DNA from: Camelus dromedarius | Taxonomy: Eukaryota | NCBI RefSeq assembly: GCF_036321535.1 | Contig: NC_087472.1 | Span: 99,884,001-99,948,000 of the forward strand | Direction of reading: 5' to 3' | DNA: 64,000 nucleotides | Part shown: positions 25,969 to 37,927 of the stretch, piece by piece | Layout of the letters: every line of letters begins with the position of its first letter | Position numbering within the stretch: position 1 is the first letter of the stretch | Made by a program: the position numbers and the translations under genes | Notes under the pieces: generated by a model | Database searches by the model: none | Seen by the model: the letters and a program-made list of their open reading frames with translations, nothing else | Told to the model about the DNA's origin: nothing

Positions 25969-28900
25969 CTGGAGTAAATAAGCTGCTCCAGGAACCCTTG
26001 TCGTGCAGGGTGAGCTGGCATGAGTTGAAGCCACATCTGGTTTCTGACAAGTGCAAAAATGCTGCAAGCAGGCAAAAATAGGTGCGCAGTGCGCCTCAAA
26101 GCCCCATGCAGCGAACAGGTTTCCTCATGGTCATATGACACCTGTCATAGGGGCGGGGGCAGGTGAGGCGGAAGAGAGAGCTGAAAGTCTTGGAATTGTG
26201 TTTAATTTGGGGCTCACATCCTCTGCCCCACCCTTTCCCTGACAAACCACCCCCACACTTCTCATTTTGCATGACTTTCATCCTCGCCCATCTCCATGGG
26301 ATATTCCCAGAATTCTGAATGCTTTCTTTGACTTTCTCTTGTGCAGAAACCATTCCTCCTGGGAGTCATTATTACAGCTCCCGTTAATTTTCATGTTCAG
26401 TGTTGCAAAGGAAAGGAAATGAGGGAGTGTGGGTGGTGACTCAGGAAGCTGGGGAAATATCCCTTATTATGTCTAGAATTTTCCCCTTGAATATTTAAAA
26501 CCTGGCCCCGAGCTGTTCTGGCCTGAATTTTCTGATTGCTATCTTTCCTTTGACCGCTCTTCTTCTATTTCTTTCTCTTTTTTCCCCCCTTGCTTCTGCT
26601 TTCAGGGTCCCAAAGCTTCCCAAAGCTTTTAGAGGTGACTGGGAGCTCCCTTCATTGAAAGATTTCTCTGCAGCTGTTTGAGTTCACCGCTAGCAATGGG
26701 TTTCTCCTAGCATCACTCCCAGAGGCAGAAGGGACTCTCTCATTATCTGTCATAACTTTTGAATTTTTAAAAAGGACACTGTCATCAACAATAGTTTGTA
26801 TAACTTTTCCTGAGCTGTTTCCCCTCTTTTTCTCTTCCACTTTAATCAATATTTTGAATCTCTTGGATTTTTTACCAACAACACAGGTGTTTTCTTTCTT
26901 AATGTACACATTTTAAATTTATAAACTGAAGGAAGGAACACGAGATGCACATGATCTTTATCCCACCTTCTAGAGATAACCGTGGTTGAGAGTTCACTTT
27001 CTAACTTCCCAGTCATTTGTCTTAAACATGAATAAATATTATTTTTCTCCAAAAATGGTCATACTGTAGGTGCTGTTTTGCAACCAATATTTTTAAAGTT
27101 TTAATTGTTGCAAAATACACATAACAAAACTGTAACCAATTTTTTAAAAAGTATTCGCTATTAATATATGTATTTTTAGGATACATAAAACAACTAAAAT
27201 AAAACAAATGCTTCGCAAAGGAGCAAAATTAAAAATAGTGCACTAAAAATCTACATTCTTAAAAGAAACCACCTCATTTTTAGCTGGATACAAAGTCTTT
27301 TCTATAATCAATTTTTAAGTTGAACATAATGTCACTTACTTTTCTACAACATCAATAGTGTTCTGCAAGCATTTTGAAGTTGCAGAACCCTCTTCTCAAA
27401 GGCAAGACAGAAGCAGGGCTGCACCTTTGAGGTGGTACTAGGGAGCCCAGGCCAATCCTTTCAAGGCCACGGTCCACGGTTACCCTCCCCAAAGCCTAGA
27501 CGGCTCCTTTGAAAACACACAGCCCTACCTCACTGTGTCCCAATTGTTAACATCTTAAATTGCTCTAGCTTTCTCGTAAAGAACAAGTTATAATCCTTTA
27601 AATCCACCTTTGAGCACATCTGTGATGACTTCCCTTGGATAAATGCCTAAGGTGAGTTACTGGGTTTAGAGTATGAGTGTTTTATATTTTTTTAAGACTT
27701 ATGATCCCTATTGCCAACTGGTCTTCCCCAAAGTGTGCCAACTTGGACTGCCACCAGTAGCGTAGAAGGCTCCATTCTCCGTCCCCTGGGTAGACTCTCC
27801 CTTAAAAATTCAGTGTCTCCTGCATTGTATCTCATTGTTTGCTATTTGCATCTCTGGTTACTATTGGTTTATATTTTCGTATGTTTGTTGACCATATGTA
27901 GTTCTTCTCTGGTGAACTATTATTCATGACTTTTGTCCATTTTAACATATAAATGTTTGTCCTTGAATCCCAAGGTCAGAACCCTTGCTCTATACTGTGT
28001 ATTTAAATTTGAAATGGGCAAGGAGGATTGTGGGCCGAGATTCTCACAGTCGGATTTCAACATAGGAACTTGGAAAGGATAACATTCTGGATTTTGGTCT
28101 CCGATTACATGGTATCATAAGTCTTATCTGCCATTTAGAAATGCTTCATAATATTGATTAGAGAGAAGGTTAAAGCCAATGGCTGCCTTGTTTGGAGACT
28201 CTCCTAGGGGTTTTACTTTATCATTATTACTCTCTACTCAACTTGGAATGTGAGAGTTCAATTTTTGACTTATTACAAGTGCGTACTGTGTTAAACATCT
28301 TCTACTTGAGAAAAACATGAAGTGCCCCATGTGAATTTTGGCATTTATGTTATGAGTAATGGCAGCCTTACAAGTGGCACCCTCTTTTTGGGTGTCTGTG
28401 CCTGGAAAGTAGTTAAGAGTTTTGTTTCCTTCTGTTTGTTTGCCAAGTGATGATAAATCAATAATAACATTAATTTGAAAAGGAGCAAAAACATGCCATG
28501 ACTATTTGCATTGAAAATAAATTATAATGCAGCTTTAAAATAATGTTCAATACGATCTTGTAAATAGAGTGGAGAGCCTCTTTCTCCTCAGAGGGAGGTT
28601 TCTCTGTTTGAAGATAGGCAACTTTACGTGACTCTTACTAATTCAAAAAATATGTGCTGAACTTGGGCCGACAAGAAAACAAGATGTAAAATGTTGAGTT
28701 CTCTTCATCGTTTCAACCTGAATGCCTGCAACAGCCACATGTAGGCTTTTGTGGATGTTGGAAATGTCTGAAATAATTAATGTTGTACTCATACGTTGAG
28801 TCACAAATCAGACCATGGGATTACTCACCCAAAAATACAGAATTGAGTATCAGTCTTGGAGCATTTTGGCTTCATTTTAATCTTCCTATTGTGAACATCT

Positions 28901-30145
28901 ATTTCATTTTGAAAATTCAGCATACTCTATTTCTCCCAAACATAGACACCACAAATAAGTATTTTGTATCTGTTTCTTTTCCTTTAAGGAGAACACAGTT
29001 CTTTGCCCATATTATCTAAGCTCTAAGACAAATACCAGCCAAAATTATTTGGTGTGTCCAGGAATGCCTGTGATACATGGTATTTGGTTGTGTGGCTGAG
29101 TCAGTTACATTAGGTGGATTTTAAAGCTGAGTGATTATTATGGTCATAGATAACATGTATTGAGTTGGAATGTCTCATTTATAAGGTGAGGTATGAATTA
29201 TAAAATGATGCTGTTAATTTTGGTTGAACCCCGTGTATACTGTTTGCTTTTTTCCCCCTCCAACATTTTATGGAGACTTCAGACAGAATCACCAGCATGC
29301 CCTTTCTGTATTTGACCTTTTGTGGGTGCCTTTTATTGTTGAGCTGGGATGGTTATAGCAGATTGGCCCAAATGGGATGGAGAGCAACAAGATGGCTCAG
29401 AAGGATAATAAATCCTGTGGTCCTCTTTATCTGTGTTTGTGGCTGGGCAAAAATCTCATAAATTGTAGCCAGCATGTGTGTTTTGTGTGTCCATGTATTT
29501 CACATTTGATTGCCATTGATTGGAAAATTGATACCAGTGCGGTGCATTGTTATCAACATGTCTCCTCCGTGTGACCTAAAACCACACCACTCATTTGCCA
29601 GGCTCCCCAGTGTGCCCTGAGTACAGAGCAAATTAACTTTTACGTGACAAACGCTGAAGCTCTGCAGGAACCAAAGCTCAGATCCTCTGTCAGGGTGGGG
29701 GCAGGGAGAAGGTTTATCCTGAGAGGACAAGGGGAAGGTGAGAAATTGTTGAACATCTCAGCCAGGCAATTATTGCAGCTTCCCGGCATGTATGAAAGGA
29801 GAAAAGACAACCACCGCCATAGTGATTCTTTTTCTTCATTACTGTGTCCACCTGCCATTGACTGTGACCATTCCAAGGAGAAGAGCTAAGCAGGGGCTCA
29901 CTTAAAAAACCCCAGCATCTCAGAGCATGCTGTGCCTGTGTTTCTGGTGGTGAGGGTGGGGCAGGGCTTTCACCAAAGTGTTAGATGCATTTTTAAGCTT
30001 TAAGGACAAATTTTGTAAATATGAGCTGCTGATGATTCTTTTAAAAAAAAATCCCTTTCTACTCTAAAAATAGTTTACTGGGAAAAAGCTTCTGAATTGT
30101 TTATTAAAGAGAGACTCAGAAGTTCAGCTGAGTGTGTTCCCAAAC

Positions 30146-30229
30146 ATATCTATATCTATATCTACATCTATATCTATATCTATCTCAGATTGATCTGTCT
30201 GTCTGTCTGTCTGTCTGTCTATGTATCTG
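30146..30229. repeat. Compound microsatellite (ATATCT)n + (TCTG)n
   Basis: atatctatatct... followed by tctgtctgtctg... Confidence 0.9.
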
Positions 30230-30624
30230 TAATCACCATGCAGCTACTGTCCAAAAGCAGATGTGGCTTCTTGGGAAAGAAAGACGATTTCTGAAATGTT
30301 AATGCCAATGTCAGAATGTGGAAGACAATTTGGAATTGTCCCTCCTGGCCTCCCTTTTCAGACCCTCTAAATCCTACTCATTTCTTGTCACCAAATTGGT
30401 GTGTTGTCCCTTTGTGAAAGCATTTCATTCTCCCAGGCAGAGTGAATGGCTCCAGCTCCTGTTTTTACCAGTACCCCTGACTCTCCTGTAACACTTTGTA
30501 TTGTTTTATAATAATCTCTAACATTTACCAGGCACTGTTCTAAGTTCAGGTCATGCACTATCTTATTTAGTTGTCATAACAACCATTGAGTTACATACTG
30601 CCATTATTCTCATTTTAAAGATGA

Positions 30625-32085
30625 GGTTGGCTGAATAATGGCTCCCCAAAGATATTCACATCCTAATCCTCAGAATCTGGGTATGTCACCTTATGTGGCA
30701 AAAGGGATTTTGTAGGTATGATTAAGTTAAGGTTCTTAAGATACAGAGATGATAATCACCAGGGTCCTTATAAGAGGGAGGCATACAAGCACCAAAAATA
30801 AATATCGATACATTGGACTGCATAAAAATTAAGAGATTCTGTCCATCAAAGGACACAGTCAACAGAGTGAAAATAAAATGGAATGGGGGAAAAATTGCAA
30901 ATTGTATATCTGGTAAGAGGTTAATATCCAGGATAGTGAAAAACTCTTATAACTCAACAACAACAACCCCCACCGTATAACCTGACTAAATATGGGCTAA
31001 GGACCTGAATAGACGTTCTTCCAAAGAAGATTTACAGTTGATCAACCAGCATATGAAAAGATGCTTGACATCACTAATCACTAGAGAAATGCATATCAAA
31101 ACCACAAAATCACCTCATACGTGTTAGAATGCTATAAAAAAAAAGTAACAGGTGCTAGTGAGGATGTGGGAAAATTGGAACCCTTGTGCACTGTTGGTGG
31201 GAATGTAAAATGATGCAGTCACCATGGAAAACAGCATGGCGGTTCCTTACAAAATTAAAAATAGAACTACCATATGATCCAGCAATTCTCCTTCTGAGTG
31301 TACATCGAAAAGTATCAAAAGCAGAGTCTCAAAGGCATATTGTATACTCATGTTCATAGATTCACAGTAGCCAAAAGGTGAAAACAACCCAAATGTCCAT
31401 CAATGGATAAATGAACAAACAAAATGTGGCCTCTCCATACAGTAGAATACTATTCAGAAGAAGATACATGCTGCAACATGGGTGAACCCTGAGGACATTT
31501 TGCTAAGTGAAGTAAACCAGTCACAAAGAGAAAAATATTGGATGATTTCATTTAGGTGAGATGTCTAAAGTAGTCAAACTCCTCAAGACAGAAAGTAGAA
31601 CAGTGGTTACCAAATAGCTGGGGGGAGGGAAGAGTGGGTAGTCATTGTTTAGTGGGTACAGAGTTTCAGTTTTGCAAGACAAAAAAGTTCTGTAGACTGG
31701 TTGCACATCATGTAAATGTACTCAGCACTACTGAACCATACACTCAGAAGTGGTTAAGGTGGTAAATTTTGTTATGTGTAACTGACCATAACTAAAGTTT
31801 AAAAAAAGAGGGAGATGGGAGGATCAGAGTCAGTGACTATGGAAGCCAAGACCCGAGAGAAAGAGAGCTTTGACGATGCTACACTGCTGGCCTTGAAGAT
31901 GGAGGAAGGGGCTATAAGCCAAGGAATGCAAGCAACCCTAGAAGCTGGAAAAGGCAAGAAAAGTTTCTTCCCTAGAGCTTCCAGAAGGAACTTGGCCCCA
32001 CTATCACTTTGATTTTAGCCCAGTGGGACAGTTTCTGGACTTCTGACCTCCAGAACTTTAAGAGAATAAATCCAAGTTGTTGGTA
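30625..32085 (+). mobile_element. MLT1D LTR (30625-30783 and 31806-~32085) split by an L1MB insertion
   Basis: gaataatggctccccaaagatattcacatcctaatcc...ggcaaaagggattttg / gctacactgctggccttgaagatggaggaagggg..agccaaggaatgca...gacttctgacctccagaact. Confidence 0.88.
30784..31805 (+). mobile_element. L1MB-type LINE, ORF2 end plus 3'UTR
   Basis: tccatcaaaggacacagtcaacagagtgaa...ggaacccttgtgcactgttggtgggaatgtaaaatg...gagtttcagttttgcaagac; TSD aagagggag at 30772-30780 / 31806-31814. Confidence 0.9.
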
Positions 32086-32334
32086 ATAAACCAGTATAAG
32101 GACTATTCAGTTCAGGGAGGTCAGTACCTTGTTTGAGGTCACCAAGTGATTAAGAGTTCCAGCCTTGCTAGGTGGCAAGGCCCTAGAGATCAGGGGCCAC
32201 CTTGAACCCCACCACCTGATATAGTGCCTGGCACAAAGTTTGGACATCCTAACTTTGGCAAAAGGATTGAATGATGATGTTCCATACCTTTCCTCGTTCT
32301 CCTGTTGCTATGTCCTGGATGCTGTAGGGTTAAA

Positions 32335-33280
32335 TCTAGGAGATCACAGGAAAAGAAAGTCAAATGGATAGTGAGCATATGAAGAGCTGATCAACCTTAT
32401 TTTCACTAATTTTGCTTTAGCAATGTAAATTAAGTATCATTTTCTGTTAACAGATTGGCATAAATCAAGTTTAAAGATGAGAAAGATCTTAACTCAGAGA
32501 GAGTCCAAAATTAGATACAGAGACGACATTGCAGGTTTGATGGGCAAATGTTTTCCTGAGAAAAGCCCGATGAAATTGCTAAATACATGGAAACAGTGAA
32601 ATTACTGGACTATGCTGAAAAACCTCTATCAAAAGTTACAAGATATTCTTTTGCAGGGACTAAAAGCTATAGGAAGTAAGGATGATGGCAAACTGGACTT
32701 CAGTGTTGTGGAAAATGGAGGTTTGAAAGCAAAAACAATAACAAAGAAGAGAAAGAAAGAAATTGAGGAAAGCATAGAATCTAATGTTGAAGATATGGAA
32801 TGCTCAGATACACAGACAGAAGAGGCCCCACAAACCTGTTCGAATACCAGAGAGTCCAGGAATAAATCAAATACTGTGACCCAGTTTTTCTTTTCTTCCT
32901 TTCATTTGACTTTTTTCTTCTTTTTCTCTATGAAGTGTCTATTTTCATGTGAGTCTTGTGGGATGGGGGTAGCAATGAAGTACCTGTGTCTTTGAAAAAC
33001 AAACTTTTAAAATTAAAACAAATATTTTGTACATTTAAAAAATATATGGGAAAACCAGCACTCTTTCATGCTGTTGGTGAGAGTGTAATTGAGACTGTTT
33101 GGAGGCCAATTTTGCATTATCTGTTAAAAGTAAGGATGCACCAAGTGTTTGACCCAGAAATTTCACTTTTGGGAATTTGTCCCCAATTATACTTGCATAT
33201 GTGTGCAAACTTACAGGCACAGTGATGCTTGATGTAGTGTTATTTGTAATTGCTGAAGACATGAGACAACTGGATGGTTT
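32335..33280 (+). mobile_element. Ancient L1ME-type fragment hosting the VRK1 retrocopy (32335-32480 and 33043-33280; possibly resuming ~33860-34130)
   Basis: catatgaagagctgatcaacc...cagattggcataaatc | gggaaaaccagcactctttcatgctgttggtgagagtgtaatt...tttgacccagaaatttcacttttgggaattt reads as a continuous L1 ORF2 end. Confidence 0.65.
32481..33042 (+). pseudogene. VRK1: VRK1 processed pseudogene, 5'-truncated (end of kinase domain, C-terminal tail and 3'UTR)
   Basis: Intronless pieces SKIRYRDDIAGLMGKCFPEK / EIAKYMETVKLLDYAEKP / YQKLQDILLQGLKAIGSKDDGKLDFSVVENGGLKAKTITKKRKKEIEES...QTEEA match recalled VRK1. Frameshifts near 32565, 32627 and 32850; remnant TAA at 32863-32865; T-rich 3'UTR; ATTAAA at 33012 and short A tract at 33037-33042. 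Confidence 0.93.
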
Positions 33281-34181
33281 TATGTGGGTTATGGCCTGGA
33301 GGGAAGAGGACTATCAGTCTCCAGCCCCAGGTTCAAATAAGTTCCCCATTTAACTAGCCAAGGATACAGAAAGTTAGCAGAAGAGGGGTGGCCTCAGGGC
33401 AGGAGCAGATGAGGTGTATAGTGCTGTGTATTTCATGCTCCAGTCTCTACCCACTGAGTCCCAGTGCTGTACGTGGCAGTGGAGATTCTGCCAGACTGCA
33501 GAAACAGCCAAAGTTTGCTGTGCCACAAGTCTTTCTCTCCATCAGCGTGCCAGAGGAGCCAGCGATGACAGTGGGTGTACTTCCATTTATGGTATGGTGA
33601 CAAACATGTGGCTCTGCATGCGTCCATCTGGCTGAGTGGAATGCAGAGGCAGTGTCCATGTGTCCCCAAAGAGGTGTCTCCACTTTGATTTTCTTTCCAC
33701 CCTCCCATTTCCCCAGGTTCCCCCCACTCCCAGCTCTGATTTAGCACCCTTTAATCTGGGTATTTGCAATTGGTCAGACTTCCATGTTCTGGAAGCTCCT
33801 TTCCCACACAGCCAGATCGTCCACTCTGATACTGGTATTCTCTGTAGTTGGATTCTGTGCTGCTTTGACAAAGAGAGGCAGAGCTCTAATGGGAGAAGAT
33901 GTCCAGGATACACTGTTAAATGGAAGAAAGCAAGATGCAAAACACCCCATATTGTGTGAGTCCATTTGTATTAAAAACAAGTAGGGACACACATGGATGC
34001 ACACTCACACACACAGACACGGACACACAGAGTAGCCATTAATGGTTCCTAGGGGAGGAGGAATTAGATTTTACTGGGCTATGGGTATACCTTTACCTTT
34101 TGCTTTATACCCTCTTTTACTATTTATTTTTTTGGAACAAGCATGTGTGCCTCTAAAATTGTCAAATTTTTAAAATCAAAG

Positions 34182-34260
34182 TTATATATATATAATATAT
34201 ATGTGTGTATATGTAATATATGTATATAATATGTGTGTGCATATATATAATATATATATG
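34182..34260. repeat. AT/GT-rich low-complexity repeat
   Basis: tatatata/tgtgtg runs. Confidence 0.85.
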
Positions 34261-34554
34261 CTTTAAAACTCCTATACGAGTAAACAGCAGCTCCTTGTTC
34301 CTTCCCATGCCCTTGCCATACTTTTAGGAGACAGGCACTTTTCAGTTGGAGCTGTTGCTTCTGGTATTTGCTGCTCTACATCTAAGTAACACGCATGTGC
34401 TGCTGTCTCTTGCGTTCTCACTTCTAGACATTGTCTGTTACCTGTTCTGGTAGTTGAGGATTTTAGCTCATTTACGCCCCCCCCACCCAATATACTGTCC
34501 TACCTATATATGCTCTTGTCTTAGGTTTTGGTTCAGTCTGTATTTAATATTTTT

Positions 34555-34650
34555 GGGGGGTGGGGGTGGTTTAGCTCAGTGGTAGAGCACGTGTTTAGTA
34601 TGTATGAAGTCCTCGGTTCAATCCCCAGTACCTCTATTACAAAAAAAAAG
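34555..34650 (+). mobile_element. Camelid tRNA-derived SINE (Vic-1 type)
   Basis: G-rich head, A box tagctcagtggtagagc, B box ggttcaatccc, then cagtacctc and A tail; TSD tatttaat(a/g)tttt at 34541-34553 / 34653-34665. Confidence 0.85.
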
Positions 34651-35620
34651 TATATTTAATGTTTTCATTATTATAGTGATCTTGATATTTATTGAAGCAA
34701 GAATATACTATGATTAATTTCCTTATATAACTTTTTGGTTTCCCTAAAGAGAATAATTTTCTTTCTTGTTTGTTGCGTTATCCCAGGACATCCAAATCTT
34801 CTCAAACCTTGAACTAAACAGTTCTATGAAATACCTCTTAGTCTTTCTCTCCCCCTCTCTCTCTCCTTCCCTTTCTCCTCCCCCTCCTGGAAAAATACCA
34901 GCGCCTTCCAACCTGAACTGGTTGCTCTTGAGGCTGCTGCCCAGTGAGCGGTCAGCCAGGAAACCCCCATCCCCATCTTCCATTACTGACCACCCTGGGT
35001 CCTGGAGACTTCTCTCTCTCTCTCATTTTACTCTCTTGATTTGGCAGAACACACTTCCTGGTCGCTTTCTGAGAGAGAGAGAGTGCATGGAAGTCTGTCT
35101 TTGAGACCTCTGCCAGACCAGCCACACTTACGAGTTGTTACACTGGGACCTTTTTCCCTCTTAATACTCACCACCCCTCAGGACTTGGCTCTGCATTGGT
35201 GGATGGGCTTCCCACTCTTGCTGATGGAGCCTGACAACCCTAGGACCCGGAGGCTGTGCCTTCATCCCCAAGATCTCATTTGAGCTTCATAATATTTGAA
35301 TCTCCCATTTTACAACTAACGAAAATGAGGCACCAATGGTTACACCCTCAGCAGTGTCAGAGGCAGGACTTGAGCTGAAGTGTCAGCTGCCTGTGAGCCA
35401 GTGTGGCTACCTTTCCAAACCCAGCTGCTGCTCCTCCCCACTGGAAAGAGAAATAACAGTAGTGGGGCCTGAGTGATAAGTGCCAAATGTGTGGTCATGG
35501 CTGCAGAGTGAGTCTAATTATGAGTGCCCGCCTGAGTCTGCTTGCCGATGACTTCAGCTCTAGTTAGCCATCCTTTGCTAGAAGTGTCTTTCAGTCTTAT
35601 TGACTGTGCATGCATGCGTG

Positions 35621-35673
35621 TGAGAGAAGAGAGAGGGAGAGAGGGAGGGGAAGAGAGAGAGAGAGAGAGAGGG
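35621..35673. repeat. (GA)n purine repeat
   Basis: gagagaagagagagggagagagggagggg aagagaga... Confidence 0.9.
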
Positions 35674-36482
35674 ACTGATTTATAGTTATGCTTCCAGCTC
35701 CTTGTGATAATGAAAATACTCTGCCTATCATTCCCATAAGCTTGGTATGATTATTTTTATTGCTGCAGTATCTGGTTCCAAGTCATGTAATAATTTCACC
35801 CACCTCTTCCCACTCCTTTTGTAATATGAAATGCCTCATTACTTAGCAGTTTTCTGCTGATTGTACAGTTTAGCGTTTGATCTTTTTGTTAACCACAGTC
35901 AGGTGACCACACACAGGGTAATTAGATTAACCCGCCCCTCCTCCTCTTTACTTAAACAATATAAAATCTGGGATTCTGTTTGCACATGCTTTCCTTAGAT
36001 TAATGATCTTGGAGTTGCTGAGTGGAAATTTGCATAGCTCCCTACAGCTCTGAGAAATGAGAATGCCCAGCTGTCTAAAAGCTTTAATCAGGAAATGAGC
36101 ATGAAATGGCATTGTTTTGTCACAGGCTTGGAATAATTTATTCTTGACAATCGAGTTATCCTGGATGGAAATGTACATAAACAATCTTTCAACAACCAGT
36201 AAACAGGTGCTTTTTTTGTTGGTAGAAATTCAAGAATTTCTTTACTTAGGAGCAGCTTTCAAATCATTGGCTCTCGCACTAGTCACTTCTGGAAGTTTAT
36301 TCTATGGTCATTTTTCTTGTGTCTCCTGTTTTACATGGCAGTTTATGAAAGTTGGCCTCTGGAGCAAAAGAAAGGCAGTATGAATAATGTACACGTTGTG
36401 TGGGCGGAGCTTGGTGTGACTGTCAGGAGCTGGGGCTCAGCTACAGGACTGCCCAGACATCAGTCCTCACTCAGTGCCTCCC

Positions 36483-36860
36483 TTTTAAAACTTGAATAAA
36501 TTTGATGTGTAATATTATGTAAGTTTCAGGTATACAATGTGTTACTTTGATATATTTACGTATGGTAATATGGTTGCCAGTGTAGTGATTTATTATTCTG
36601 CATGTGTTCCTCCAGTTTTCCCAGCACCATTTTTTGAAGAAACTCTTCTTTCCCTATGGGTATTATTGACTTACTTTTTGAGTATTATTTGACCGTATAT
36701 GCTGTGGTTTAATTCTAGGCTCTCTATTTTATTCCACTGGTCAGTGTGCCTATTTCTGTGCCAGTACCACACTGTTTTTATTACTATGGCTTTGTAGTAT
36801 TATTTGAAATCCAGAAGTGGTACCTCTGGCTTTGTTTTTTTTCCCCCCTCAGGATTCTTA
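36483..36860 (-). mobile_element. Internally deleted L1 (3' end joined to ORF2 segment), inserted in a MIR
   Basis: taatattatgtaagtttcaggtatacaatg, then ccagttttcccagcaccatttttgaagaaact...gccagtaccacactgtttttattactatggctttgtagta; MIR halves at ~36400-36480 and ~36880-37010. Confidence 0.7.
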
Positions 36861-37837
36861 CTTAGCTTTTTATTGCCTTATGTGCTCATCTCTTCTTGAG
36901 ACCAACTTCCCCCCTCTGTCAAAGAGAGATAATAATGCTCCTAACTTCTTAGTGTGGCTATGAGCATTAAATGAGTTACTCCGTGTAAACCCTTAGACGA
37001 GTACTTTGCTCATAGTATACTTTTCATAATTGCAAGTGAATTCCATATTTTTAGAAGTCCTAGGAAAATGAGGAATGTGTTTGGTTTCTCTTTATATTTA
37101 AGAGATCCTAGTGTATTTACATTTTTTCCCATTAGATCATTAGTCTTAGAAGCACTTACGACTGCAAAAATGAACATTGAGTTAGATGCATGGACTCTTT
37201 TCATTTATATCTGACACACAGTAGGTACTCAGATATCTATTAAAAGAAATGATAGAGCTGATGGTAACGGCTAACATTTATTGAGCACCTGCTGGCCAAG
37301 ATTATTGAGTGTGTGGGGATGAAAGATGAGTGAGACCCATTTCTTATCCTGAGGCACTTACAGAGTAACCGAGAGAGAGACTTATGGACTCATACTTAGA
37401 GTACAAGGGGCAGTGCTATGACAGGGATTCTAACAAAGGGCCACAAAAGCACAGGCTTTTAATCATCATCAAAGCTGTTAAAAAGATGACAGGAAAAAAA
37501 AAAACAGAAGGAAGAAATGGCTTTTGGACCTTGGATGTCCCTTCTTTTTTTCTTTAGGAGCAAGCTGTTTACCTAGCAAAAGGCCTAACAGTTTCTGTGT
37601 TTCAGGTAGAACTGCTTCATGGAGTAAGTATGATGCTATCAGAAACATTTAAAATTTTTTTCTAGAAGAGATTGATAGAGAAAGTTCCCACTCCCTAGGG
37701 AGCTCAATTTGAGATGATGTAATTAACCTTTTTGAGTATAATTAGCTAATCCCAAACTATTTTAACTCTTGTTACTTGCACTCTGGGCACCAAAGCAAAA
37801 TGTCTTCTCCCCACAATAAAACTATGAATAAAATTTA

Positions 37838-37927
37838 ATTTTTTTTTTTGGAGATACTGGGGATTGAACCCAGGACCTCATGCATGCTAAGGACATGCTC
37901 TACCCCTGAGCTATTTCCCTCCCACCT
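37838..37927 (-). mobile_element. Camelid tRNA-derived SINE (Vic-1 type)
   Basis: Poly-T, then ggagatactggggattgaacccaggacctcatgcatgctaagg..atgctctacccctgagcta, the reverse complement of the 34555 element. Confidence 0.85.

Noticed and set aside
25436..26141. Longest ORFs (206 aa and overlapping) on the minus strand
   Set aside because: They are kept open by the TG/TC low-complexity repeat and have no recognisable domain.
32612..32995. 127-aa ORF as a functional VRK1 gene
   Set aside because: It lacks nearly all of the kinase domain, its ATG is out of the VRK1 frame, and it runs through frameshifts into 3'UTR.
34562..34635. tRNA gene
   Set aside because: It has A/B boxes but also a SINE tail, poly-A and TSD, and no intact cloverleaf; it is a tRNA-derived SINE.
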